From a virus (Duplodnaviria > Caudoviricetes): a DNA stretch of 29,857 nt. Both the position numbers and the translations under genes were made by a program. Below the pieces are notes generated by a model. It worked only from the letters and a program-made list of their open reading frames with translations. It was not told the DNA's origin and did not search any database. The stretch lies in the IMG/VR virus record IMGVR_UViG_3300033067_000050, positions 1 to 29,857 of that record. The stretch is one strand, 5' to 3'. Positions 1 to 7,478 of the stretch are shown here, in pieces (position 1 is the first letter of the stretch; each line of letters opens with the position of its first letter).

Positions 1-164
1 ACACTTGGACTAATTTCCTCTGTCAATTCTTTTATAATCTCATCAACTGCTATTAATGCACATTGTTTAGCATCTTCTATAGCTTCTTTATCATCCATTA
101 AATTAGATTTTAAATAACTATAGTATTTATTAAATAGTTCTTTTGCTTTTTCTTTTGGTGTCAT
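1..164 (-). CDS. 5' part of an origin-spanning 73-aa hypothetical protein (MTPKEKAKELFNKY...), continuing at 29857..29800
   Basis: ATG at 164 overlaps the TGA of the upstream gene; the frame continues across the junction; paralog of 3904..4107. Confidence 0.85.
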   Translation of the reverse strand, partial: MTPKEKAKELFNKYYSYLKSNLMDDKEAIEDAKQCALIAVDEIIKELTEEISPS

Positions 165-343
165 AACTTTTCTTTTTTATCAACTTTATTTGTAATTTCC
201 CAATACATATTACAATTAACAGCATCTTCTTCTCTGTTTGTATTTAAGTAAGCTTGTCTATATTCGTTAGGTGTTGCTTTAAACCTGTAACAAGTTTCTT
301 TTGACTTACATAGTGTATCTTTACACATAGCTATATCTGGCAT
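161..343 (-). CDS. Small Cys-rich phage hypothetical protein
   Basis: 60-aa ORF, MPDIAMC-x4-C-x5-CYR pattern, tightly packed with neighbours. Confidence 0.75.
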   Translation of the reverse strand: MPDIAMCKDTLCKSKETCYRFKATPNEYRQAYLNTNREEDAVNCNMYWEITNKVDKKEKL

Positions 344-344
344 A

Positions 345-437
345 TTAAATAGTATTATATATTATTAAACCTATTATTGATATTATAATTAACCAGGAGC
401 TAATCTCTACTAGTATTCTTTCTTTTTTTCTATTCAT
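345..437 (-). CDS. Small single-TM peptide, 30 aa (MNRKKERILVEISSWLIIISIIGLIIYNTI)
   Basis: Translated by hand; fills the gap between neighbours; basic N-terminus then a hydrophobic helix. Confidence 0.6.
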   Translation of the reverse strand: MNRKKERILVEISSWLIIISIIGLIIYNTI

Positions 438-440
438 ATC

Positions 441-749
441 TTAAACTATTTTATGTCCGTTAATATTATATCCTTTTTTTACTGCTATTGATATTACAGG
501 TAGTTTTACTTTTAAAAAGGTAGCTGCTTCTTTATAGGTAGTAAAGGTATAGAACTCTTTTTCAGGTGATAGTATTGTAATTGTTTTTCTTTTCTTAGTT
601 TTTATCTTACCATCGTAAGTATTATCTACTATAGTTTGTAAACATTTAAAATCATCTTCTTCCCATTGGTTATACTGTTTATCCCAAAGATAGCATTTAG
701 GTTGTTTGTATAGTATATCTATTACTTCATAAATATTGTAGTTATTCAT
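441..749 (-). CDS. Hypothetical protein with a C-terminal NUMOD1-like DNA-binding motif
   Basis: C-terminal FTTYKEAATFLKV...ISIAVKKG resembles the NUMOD1 HTH. Confidence 0.55.
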   Translation of the reverse strand: MNNYNIYEVIDILYKQPKCYLWDKQYNQWEEDDFKCLQTIVDNTYDGKIKTKKRKTITILSPEKEFYTFTTYKEAATFLKVKLPVISIAVKKGYNINGHKIV

Positions 750-752
750 ATC

Positions 753-1724
753 TTAGTTTTTTATAAATGAAAATATATGTTCTATTATTGGTAAAGTCCA
801 TCCATCACCTAGTAAACTACCTGCTTTTTTTGTACTTAATATATCGCAATAGTTATCAGGAAAACCTTGTAATCTACACATTTCTATTTTGTTTACTGTT
901 CTAACAATTTTATCTTCTGTTTGGTATTTTATTTTATGTGCCATACACTCAGTTAAAGAAATAGATTTTCCTTTTACATCATATATTCTATTTTGCATAA
1001 ATGGTTGTTGGTTATTACTTTCTTTGCTTGGGTTTACTTGATAAACAATATTTATAAATTGCCTTTTAGCTCTTTTCTTAATACTTTCTTGGCTTGTACA
1101 AACTCTACTTTCGCTTTCTAATAATGCTAATGCTTTATCTCTTTCAACCTTTCCACCTGTAATAATATCTTTAAACATTATACCCCTATCTTTTGGCTGT
1201 GGTATATCAGTAATTAAATCTCCAAACATACCATCTTCTTTAGTTCTTATATTACTCCAGTAGTATCTATCTCTTAACTGAGCAGTAACTAAACTACTAT
1301 TAATTCTAACAGGATAAACTCCTAATTCTCTACTCATAATACCTACATCTAACTTAGAAGCACTTCCAACATTTTCCTGCAAAAATAATACTTTAGGGTT
1401 TAATTCTTTAATGTGGTTTAATATATCTACAAAGGTAAAGAATAAACTTGACTTCTTTCCGTTAATTCCTGCTCTTTTACCTGCAGCACTTAAATCTTGA
1501 CAAGGCGATCCTGATAAAACTAAATCTATATTACTCCAATCTATATTCCAATCTTTCCATTTAGTTACATCACCTAATTGAATAGTATCAGGGAAATGAT
1601 ATTGAGTTAATTCTATTGCGTAAGGTTTTATCTCACTTGAATAGTATTTATTTACTTTAATACCGACATTCTCTAAAGCTTGTCTGCCTGTATTCATTCC
1701 ATTAAATAAGCTTAGTACATTCAT
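753..1724 (-). CDS. DNA cytosine-C5 methyltransferase
   Basis: Motif I VLSLFNG, catalytic GSPCQDLS, QENV, QxRxR, RLQGFP. Confidence 0.93.
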   Translation of the reverse strand: MNVLSLFNGMNTGRQALENVGIKVNKYYSSEIKPYAIELTQYHFPDTIQLGDVTKWKDWNIDWSNIDLVLSGSPCQDLSAAGKRAGINGKKSSLFFTFVDILNHIKELNPKVLFLQENVGSASKLDVGIMSRELGVYPVRINSSLVTAQLRDRYYWSNIRTKEDGMFGDLITDIPQPKDRGIMFKDIITGGKVERDKALALLESESRVCTSQESIKKRAKRQFINIVYQVNPSKESNNQQPFMQNRIYDVKGKSISLTECMAHKIKYQTEDKIVRTVNKIEMCRLQGFPDNYCDILSTKKAGSLLGDGWTLPIIEHIFSFIKN

Positions 1725-2133
1725 AACCTACTTCTTTTTTAAATTGGGTTAGTAAATCTTGTATATCAATAATATAGTTTTCTTGTTCTTTTAATAACCA
1801 GTGTGCAAACTCTACAGCATATTCATCTGCAGTTACATACTTACTTATCTTTTCTCCTGCTAGTAATTGTATTGCTGCACTATACTTTTCCATTAAATCT
1901 TTATCGTAATCTTTAATATCGTTAAATACATTTATTCCGTGCAATACTGTAGCGTGGTTTTTATCCAAAGTATCTCCTATTTCTTGTAATGAATAACCCC
2001 TATCTCTTAATAGTTTATAATATATCATTCTAGCTTCTATAAACTCATACTTTCTTGTTTTAGTTGTTATATCTACTCCTGTTACTTTTTTTATTGTATT
2101 TAATATCTTAGTTTTTATTTCTTCTTTAATCAT
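1702..2133 (-). CDS. DnaA C-terminal (domain IV)-like HTH protein fused to a small phage domain
   Basis: R..EFIEARMIYY..LR...SLQEIG...KNHATVLHG matches the DnaA domain IV signature. Confidence 0.8.
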   Translation of the reverse strand: MIKEEIKTKILNTIKKVTGVDITTKTRKYEFIEARMIYYKLLRDRGYSLQEIGDTLDKNHATVLHGINVFNDIKDYDKDLMEKYSAAIQLLAGEKISKYVTADEYAVEFAHWLLKEQENYIIDIQDLLTQFKKEVGYECTKLI

Positions 2134-2363
2134 AGTCCTTTTTCTTTTTTAAATGTTTCTAATAATTCTTCAATTGAATATTTATAATCTGTTTTATATA
2201 ATATAGATAGTACATAAGCTTCAACTAAATTATTTTTAATACACCAATCTGTAAACTCAATAGCAAATTCATCTGCTATTTTTTCGCATTCCATTGCAAA
2301 TCTTCCTGCTTCTCCATCAGTATTTATAGATACATTTGTTTTTAATTTTTCTTTTAGTGTCAT
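2130..2363 (-). CDS. Hypothetical protein (ADEFAIEF..W family)
   Basis: 77-aa ORF with ATGA overlaps; similar to the C-terminus of 1702..2133. Confidence 0.75.
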   Translation of the reverse strand: MTLKEKLKTNVSINTDGEAGRFAMECEKIADEFAIEFTDWCIKNNLVEAYVLSILYKTDYKYSIEELLETFKKEKGL

Positions 2364-2560
2364 ACTATTTCTATTCTTAGTTTTATATTTAGTTTATTGC
2401 AGAACTTTACCAACTGATCTAGTGATAAATCTTTATCTCCGTTTAACCATTGTGATATATTAGAGTAGCTTGTTTTATATCCTAATCTCTTACAAAATTC
2501 TGTTCTACTGCAATCTTGTTCTTGGTATATTTGCCAAAGTAATTCGTTTGCTATTTTCAT
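2360..2560 (-). CDS. XRE/Cro-family HTH regulator
   Basis: SRTEFCKRLG...NISQWLNG...SLDQLVKFC pattern. Confidence 0.8.
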   Translation of the reverse strand: MKIANELLWQIYQEQDCSRTEFCKRLGYKTSYSNISQWLNGDKDLSLDQLVKFCNKLNIKLRIEIV

Positions 2561-2781
2561 TTCTTAAATCTTAATCTTATTTTACTACCTAGTTCTTTTG
2601 CAAATACAGTTAAAGTTATAAAAGATACCATTTCAACAGCTCTGTAAATACCAGCACAAACTTCATAATCTTCTACAGCTTCATACTCTGTAATAATTTC
2701 TCTTAGTTCATCTATTGTAGATCCGTTTTCAAGTTCATACAAAGCTATCTTAAAGTGTTCTTCTATTCTTTCTTTATCCAT
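2557..2781 (-). CDS. Hypothetical protein
   Basis: 74-aa ORF; YEAVEDYEVCA resembles a UVR-like motif. Confidence 0.65.
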   Translation of the reverse strand: MDKERIEEHFKIALYELENGSTIDELREIITEYEAVEDYEVCAGIYRAVEMVSFITLTVFAKELGSKIRLRFKK

Positions 2782-2782
2782 C

Positions 2783-3547
2783 TTATAGTATTCCTCTTAA
2801 TACATATTGATCCAAATCTACTCCTTCAGTTTGAAAGAAGTGTTTATAGTTGCTAATACCTTGTTTAAACTTTTCTTCTCCTTTAGCGTAAAATTCTTCG
2901 CTACATTCAAATATAGCTATATCTAAACTACCTTTATCTATTGCAATAAATACAAAGTTATCTACACCAAACATTTCTCTATAAAGCCAAGCTTGTAAAT
3001 CATAACTATATTTATCTGCTGAGTATCTAAAATCTTTTATACCTGTAGTAGTTTTTAAATCTATAATAGTTTTACCTTGTAAGATATCTGCTTTTGCTCT
3101 TACAGGTATTCCATCTATCATAGCTATTTGTGGTACTTCAAATTCTGCTTTTAATAAGTATTCTTTTACTGCTTCGTTTCTTAGTAAAGCATCTGCTAAT
3201 CTTTCAGCAGCTTTTAACTCTGTATTAGTGTAAACTTCTTTACCAGTTTCTTTAGCTAACTTATATTCTTTTGAAGCTTTTGTTGCAGCTTCTACAAATA
3301 TCATATCATCTAATTTGTTTGGCTCTAATATCATTGTATGGAATAGTTTACCATCTCTTAAAGCTTGTGTTTCTCCTGATCCGTATTTAGTTGTAAAGTA
3401 ATAAGTTTTAGGAGAAGATAATAAAGTTTTAATACTTGAACTACTTAAAGCATTTTGCCCTAAGTAATCATAGTAAAAACTATCATCGTACATATTATCT
3501 AATATTTCTTCTTTATCCCAATGCTTACCATCAAATGTAGTTATCAT
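2783..3547 (-). CDS. RecE/exonuclease VIII-like PD-(D/E)XK nuclease (DUF3799-like)
   Basis: LSSSSIK, G..FH..ILEP, RAKAD, IIDLKTT, YDLQAWLY. Confidence 0.87.
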   Translation of the reverse strand: MITTFDGKHWDKEEILDNMYDDSFYYDYLGQNALSSSSIKTLLSSPKTYYFTTKYGSGETQALRDGKLFHTMILEPNKLDDMIFVEAATKASKEYKLAKETGKEVYTNTELKAAERLADALLRNEAVKEYLLKAEFEVPQIAMIDGIPVRAKADILQGKTIIDLKTTTGIKDFRYSADKYSYDLQAWLYREMFGVDNFVFIAIDKGSLDIAIFECSEEFYAKGEEKFKQGISNYKHFFQTEGVDLDQYVLRGIL

Positions 3548-3548
3548 A

Positions 3549-3678
3549 TTATCTTATTTTAATATTTTTTAATAATTTTTGCGTTTCTTCCATTTGCAAA
3601 GCGTTTCTAATTTCTTGTGCGTACATATCACTCAAATTAAATTCTTTGCTTAAAACAGCTATAACATCTGTTAAATTA
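3549..3678. repeat. 130-bp direct repeat, copy A
   Basis: 119/130 identical to 4264..4393 by hand alignment. Confidence 0.93.
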
Positions 3679-3890
3679 ATAAGCAAACCTTTTTTTAAAT
3701 CTTTTTCTTCATTTTCTTTTTTACAGGCTTCATCAACATAAAAAGAAACTTCTTTAGTGTTGTGTTTTTCTACACCTTCTTTACCTCCAAAATCTATGCT
3801 ATAATCATATTTTTTGTGATTTGCAACCACTTTAACTTCTGCTTCCATATTGTAGTCAAGAAGTTCCTTAATTAATTTTTTTACTTTCAT
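3549..3890 (-). CDS. Hypothetical, apparently chimeric protein
   Basis: 113 aa; the last 42 aa are nearly identical to the C-terminus of 4264..4473. Confidence 0.7.
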   Translation of the reverse strand: MKVKKLIKELLDYNMEAEVKVVANHKKYDYSIDFGGKEGVEKHNTKEVSFYVDEACKKENEEKDLKKGLLINLTDVIAVLSKEFNLSDMYAQEIRNALQMEETQKLLKNIKIR

Positions 3891-3903
3891 ATTTTATTTG
3901 TTT

Positions 3904-4107
3904 TTAAAGTTTCTCTATTTCTTGTTTAACTTCTTGCCAATATTTATGTCTAAATCCGTGTACACTTGGACTAATTTCCTCTGTCAATTCTTTTATAATT
4001 TCATCAACTGCTATTAATGCACATTGTTTGGCATCTAACATTAAATAATGTTTATCTTCATAGTTAAATTTATTAACTAATTCTTCTGCTTTTTCTTTAT
4101 GTGACAT
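3904..4107 (-). CDS. Hypothetical protein (MSHKEKAEEL), paralog of the origin-spanning ORF
   Basis: Shares DAKQCALIAVDEIIKELTEEISPSVHGFRHKY. Confidence 0.85.
   Translation of the reverse strand: MSHKEKAEELVNKFNYEDKHYLMLDAKQCALIAVDEIIKELTEEISPSVHGFRHKYWQEVKQEIEKL
3925..4036. repeat. 112-bp direct repeat; second copy spans the junction (29821..29857 + 1..75)
   Basis: 107/112 identical by hand alignment. Confidence 0.93.
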
Positions 4108-4118
4108 TTTATTTTTTT

Positions 4119-4259
4119 TTAAATTAAACTAATCACTTCTGTTGTGTAATTAACACCTAATCTATCCATACCTTCACAAATACTTTTAAAGTCTTGTTTA
4201 GTAAACTTTACAGAGGATAATATTCCTTTTACATAAATTCTATATTCTCTTAGTGGCAT
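4119..4259 (-). CDS. Small hypothetical protein, 46 aa (MPLREYRIYVKG...)
   Basis: Translated by hand; fills the gap; A-rich leader TAAAATTATG. Confidence 0.6.
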   Translation of the reverse strand: MPLREYRIYVKGILSSVKFTKQDFKSICEGMDRLGVNYTTEVISLI

Positions 4260-4263
4260 AATT

Positions 4264-4393
4264 TTATCTTATTTTAATGTTTTTTAATAATTGTTCTGTT
4301 TCATCCATTTGCAAAGCGTTTCTAATTTCTTGAGCATACATATCACTCAAATCAAATTCTTTGCTTAAAGCAGCTATAATGTCTGTTAAATTA
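4264..4393. repeat. 130-bp direct repeat, copy B
   Basis: 119/130 identical to 3549..3678. Confidence 0.93.
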
Positions 4394-4473
4394 GCTACTA
4401 AGTAAACATCTTCTCTAGCTTGTGATAAAGCTAATAGTTTTTCTAGTTTTAAAATAATTTCTTGTTTGTTCAT
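4264..4473 (-). CDS. Hypothetical protein, first gene after an early-type promoter
   Basis: 69-aa ORF with leader AAAAACAAATAACTATG. Confidence 0.8.
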   Translation of the reverse strand: MNKQEIILKLEKLLALSQAREDVYLVANLTDIIAALSKEFDLSDMYAQEIRNALQMDETEQLLKNIKIR

Positions 4474-4481
4474 AGTTATTT

Positions 4482-4549
4482 GTTTTTAATTATAGAACAA
4501 ATATAAAACTTACGTTTGAATAAAAAAACTTTTTAACAAATATTTAACA
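4482..4549 (-). promoter_or_regulatory. Host-sigma (Bacteroidota -7 box) promoter with phased TGTTAA boxes
   Basis: TATATTTG at 4505..4498, then 4 nt, then ATAATTAAAAAC; ttaaca at 4533 and 4544. Confidence 0.8.
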
Positions 4550-4574
4550 AAAAAAAGGTAAGCTATTGCCTACC
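4549..4574 (-). terminator. Intrinsic terminator
   Basis: GGTAGGC-AATA-GCTTACC followed by T8. Confidence 0.85.
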
Positions 4575-4812
4575 TGTTATTTTCAATCCATTCAGTTTGT
4601 AACTTTTCGTAATGTTCTATTTCTCTTTGCAAGTAATCTAAAGCTTTTCTTAGATCCTGTAATTCGTTATCTTTCTTACCTGCTCTTGCTAAATATTTAA
4701 TTACGTTACCTCTATTGAAGTTTAAGCCATAATCTTTAATAAAATCTATTACATCATAACCTTTGTTATTTTCGTAATGTAGTTGGGTTGCTCTCATATC
4801 TACTTGTGCCAT
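4570..4812 (-). CDS. DUF3310 (SaV / T7 gp1.7-like) protein
   Basis: HY...VIDFI...FNRGNVIKYLARAGKK...DLRKALDYL. Confidence 0.88.
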   Translation of the reverse strand: MAQVDMRATQLHYENNKGYDVIDFIKDYGLNFNRGNVIKYLARAGKKDNELQDLRKALDYLQREIEHYEKLQTEWIENNR

Positions 4813-5162
4813 TAGTCAATTCTTAAAAAGTCAGCTTCTGTATATTCTAAAAACCATTCTTTGTTAGTTTCGTACTTTTCTATAATAGCTTCTAACATTA
4901 CTAATTCGTCTATAGTTTTAGTTGCTAGTTTGTGTACTAAACTTTCTATCTTTCTTTCAATGTTTAAAAGCATTTCAGGTTCTGATTTATGCATCTTAAC
5001 ATATTCTTCACTAACAATATGCTCCAAATCTTTGTTTAAGCTGTTAATTCTATTCTTTAAACTTTGTCTGTATTGTGTAGTTGTTTTTAAATTATCGTTA
5101 GCTTCTAAAAGTAGTTGACCTAAGATAATTGATTTTAAATATTCTAGTTGTATTATATTCAT
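4812..5162 (-). CDS. Hypothetical helical protein
   Basis: 116-aa ORF, TAATG coupling to the next gene. Confidence 0.7.
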   Translation of the reverse strand: MNIIQLEYLKSIILGQLLLEANDNLKTTTQYRQSLKNRINSLNKDLEHIVSEEYVKMHKSEPEMLLNIERKIESLVHKLATKTIDELVMLEAIIEKYETNKEWFLEYTEADFLRID

Positions 5163-5164
5163 AA

Positions 5165-5449
5165 TTATTTGTTATTGTATACGTTCAGTAATTGTTCATA
5201 TGTCACTCTAATACCTAACTCGCCAACAATTTGTAAGTCATTAATTAAGTCTATTGCGTCTTGAGATATAAACCAATTTAAAAAATCAATGGTAAACTTA
5301 TCTTGTTGTTTGTTTATTAACTTAATCATATCAGGTATGTTTATTGTAACTTCACCTGATAACAAATGTTCTTTAAACTCTTTTTTAGTTTTATAAAACT
5401 TTCCTAAGTGCTTAAACTCTTTCATAAAATCTTTTACTGTATATTTCAT
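5165..5449 (-). CDS. Hypothetical protein
   Basis: 94-aa ORF; DKFTIDFLNW resembles the ADEFAIEF..W motif. Confidence 0.7.
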   Translation of the reverse strand: MKYTVKDFMKEFKHLGKFYKTKKEFKEHLLSGEVTINIPDMIKLINKQQDKFTIDFLNWFISQDAIDLINDLQIVGELGIRVTYEQLLNVYNNK

Positions 5450-5459
5450 ATTTTTTTAT

Positions 5460-5861
5460 TTATAGTTCTTTTAAAATGTTTTCTTGGTTAATTTTTAAGT
5501 AAGTTACTTCTTTAGATACTTTGTAACGTAAACTAAAGTGGGTAGATGCAGGGTTTCTATAGTTAGTTTCCCAATCAGGGTTTATCTTTAATAAATTCCA
5601 AAAATAAATTCCTCTTGGAGTAGAATTAATATAAATAGGTATATCTAAATGCTTTTCACATTCTTCTATCATAGCATCGTACTTCTTTTTTTCTAAAAGC
5701 ATATTATCATAGTGGGCAGTTCTACACTTCAATTCTATTCTATGTTTAAATTGTGGGCTGTAGCAATCCCATCTGCTCATTTGGTTTTTAGATTTAACCA
5801 AATCTTTATATATATTCTCTTTTAAAAAAAGAAATAGATCTTGTTCTTTCCAGTTATGCAT
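5460..5861 (-). CDS. Putative PD-(D/E)XK nuclease-like protein
   Basis: E...WDCYS...IELKCR catalytic-type pattern. Confidence 0.6.
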   Translation of the reverse strand: MHNWKEQDLFLFLKENIYKDLVKSKNQMSRWDCYSPQFKHRIELKCRTAHYDNMLLEKKKYDAMIEECEKHLDIPIYINSTPRGIYFWNLLKINPDWETNYRNPASTHFSLRYKVSKEVTYLKINQENILKEL

Positions 5862-6237
5862 CTCGCTGAGTTTGATAAACTTTTCTAAGTTCGTTTAGTG
5901 TATCTCTCCAGCAGCTATCACAATTACTATCTTGCAAGTTTTCGTTAAATACTGCTTTATAAATATCTTTAATTCTCCATTGTTCTTTAGGTGTTAAAGT
6001 TGACTTCTTAAACTCAAAGAAAGGTAGTAAAAAATCTATATCTTCTTGTATTAAACAGTTTGGTTTTCTGTAGCTCCATAATTCGTTTAATTTTTTGTGT
6101 CTACCAGAGTTTTCATCCCCACAACCACAATCTATTCCTGTAATTTCAGATATAGTTTCTACTACTGCTTTAATTCCTGTAGCTTCTGTAATTTTAGCTA
6201 CAGTATCACCTAAACCTTTTGATCTTCTTTTAGCCAT
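5854..6237 (-). CDS. Cys-containing phage hypothetical protein
   Basis: SKGLGDTVAKIT..TGIK, DCGC and CxxC motifs. Confidence 0.7.
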   Translation of the reverse strand: MAKRRSKGLGDTVAKITEATGIKAVVETISEITGIDCGCGDENSGRHKKLNELWSYRKPNCLIQEDIDFLLPFFEFKKSTLTPKEQWRIKDIYKAVFNENLQDSNCDSCWRDTLNELRKVYQTQRDA

Positions 6238-6442
6238 TTTTTATAATTTTTGAGTTAATTTCTTTTAATGTTTTATAAAGTGATGATGTTGCTATTCCTG
6301 ATTCTTTTGCTAATTTTTGAATAGATACTTTTTGAATATAAAATAATTTAAAAATATTTTTATCAAACCAATCAAATTGCTTAACAATATCTAATATTTC
6401 ATCAGTTATTTCTAATTTATTAGAAGTTCTTTTTCTTTTCAT
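6230..6442 (-). CDS. Stand-alone sigma region 4-like HTH protein
   Basis: FDWFDKNIF...SIQKLAKESGI aligns with WDWYDKKLF...SIRGLAKETGI of the adjacent gene. Confidence 0.7.
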   Translation of the reverse strand: MKRKRTSNKLEITDEILDIVKQFDWFDKNIFKLFYIQKVSIQKLAKESGIATSSLYKTLKEINSKIIKNG

Positions 6443-6951
6443 AGTTTTAAGTTATCGTAATCTTCTTTTAATAGTTCTTTTAATTTTTCTTTATGCTTTT
6501 TTAGTGAGTGGAATATACTTACAAAACTTATTCCTGTTTCTTTTGCTAGTCCTCTAATACTTATATTAGAATCTCTATAAATAGAAAACAGCTTTTTATC
6601 GTACCAATCCCAGTTATTGACTTCTAGTTCTGCTTTAGTTCTAAAGTTATTCCATTCTAACTCTTTTTCTAAATCATAATCATCTACCATATTATAAATT
6701 TCTTCGTTTATTTCGCATTTAATAATTCGTTTCTTAACGTTGTAAATTTGAAAATAAATATTCCTTATAATTATAAAGCAGTAACCTCTATTTAATTTGC
6801 CTTTAGTAAACATTTGCTCTTCTGTTACCTGGTATTTATGCAGTAACAAATAAAATTCTTGGACTATATCTTCAGCAAAGTCACCAGCAAAAACTGCTGC
6901 TAACTCTACTAAATAATCGTGGTGTTTTGCTACTTTTTCTAAGATTCCCAT
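6439..6951 (-). CDS. ECF-like RNA polymerase sigma factor
   Basis: Region 2-like AEDIVQEFYL and region 4 HTH SIRGLAKETGISFVSIFHSLKK; 170 aa. Confidence 0.8.
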   Translation of the reverse strand: MGILEKVAKHHDYLVELAAVFAGDFAEDIVQEFYLLLHKYQVTEEQMFTKGKLNRGYCFIIIRNIYFQIYNVKKRIIKCEINEEIYNMVDDYDLEKELEWNNFRTKAELEVNNWDWYDKKLFSIYRDSNISIRGLAKETGISFVSIFHSLKKHKEKLKELLKEDYDNLKL

Positions 6952-7136
6952 AAAATATTAATACTTAATATACCTAGTAAAACCTGTACTGTATGGTAGC
7001 TTCCATCTTCTTGTTTATCAATATCGTATAAAGCACCAATCATAAAGCCATTTATTATAGCAAATTGTAATTCTTTACCTGTATATACTGACCAGGTTAA
7101 AAGCGTAAATATAAAAAAACTAGTAAGCAATATCAT
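6939..7136 (-). CDS. Small hydrophobic/membrane protein
   Basis: 65 aa with hydrophobic segments. Confidence 0.65.
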   Translation of the reverse strand: MILLTSFFIFTLLTWSVYTGKELQFAIINGFMIGALYDIDKQEDGSYHTVQVLLGILSINILWES

Positions 7137-7437
7137 AATTAAAAAGTTTAGCTTTTATTTTACCTATTTTTGTTTCTATTAATGCAGGTTTAACCTGTAT
7201 ATTTATTTCTACATTAGTTAGTTCATTATCTTGCTTTAAAATCGTTTTAAAAGCTTGTTCAATAACTCCAAAATCTAACTGATCTTCAATATCAATTAAC
7301 TGCTCTATCATTTCTAACTTGAAAGTAATATCATTAAAATAAGCTAGTAGCTCTGAATTATCAGAATTATAAACTAGCATCTTTGCAGTAGTGGTTTTTA
7401 AATCAGAAATATGGTTTTTTATTGTTATTTTTTCCAT
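7120..7437 (-). CDS. Hypothetical protein, predicted leaderless
   Basis: 105-aa ORF; ATG lies 4 nt after TACATTTG. Confidence 0.75.
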   Translation of the reverse strand: MEKITIKNHISDLKTTTAKMLVYNSDNSELLAYFNDITFKLEMIEQLIDIEDQLDFGVIEQAFKTILKQDNELTNVEINIQVKPALIETKIGKIKAKLFNYDIAY

Positions 7438-7478
7438 TGTTCAAATGTATTAATAAATTTTTAATAACTAGATAACTA
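7437..7478 (-). promoter_or_regulatory. Host-sigma promoter with upstream TAGTTATCTAGTT element
   Basis: TACATTTG at 7449..7442; 13-mer at 7478..7466 also found at 10088..10100. Confidence 0.7.

Noticed and set aside
3549-4393. Diversity-generating retroelement TR/VR pairs (both repeat pairs)
   Set aside because: No reverse transcriptase in the window; mismatches are not limited to adenines and several are synonymous
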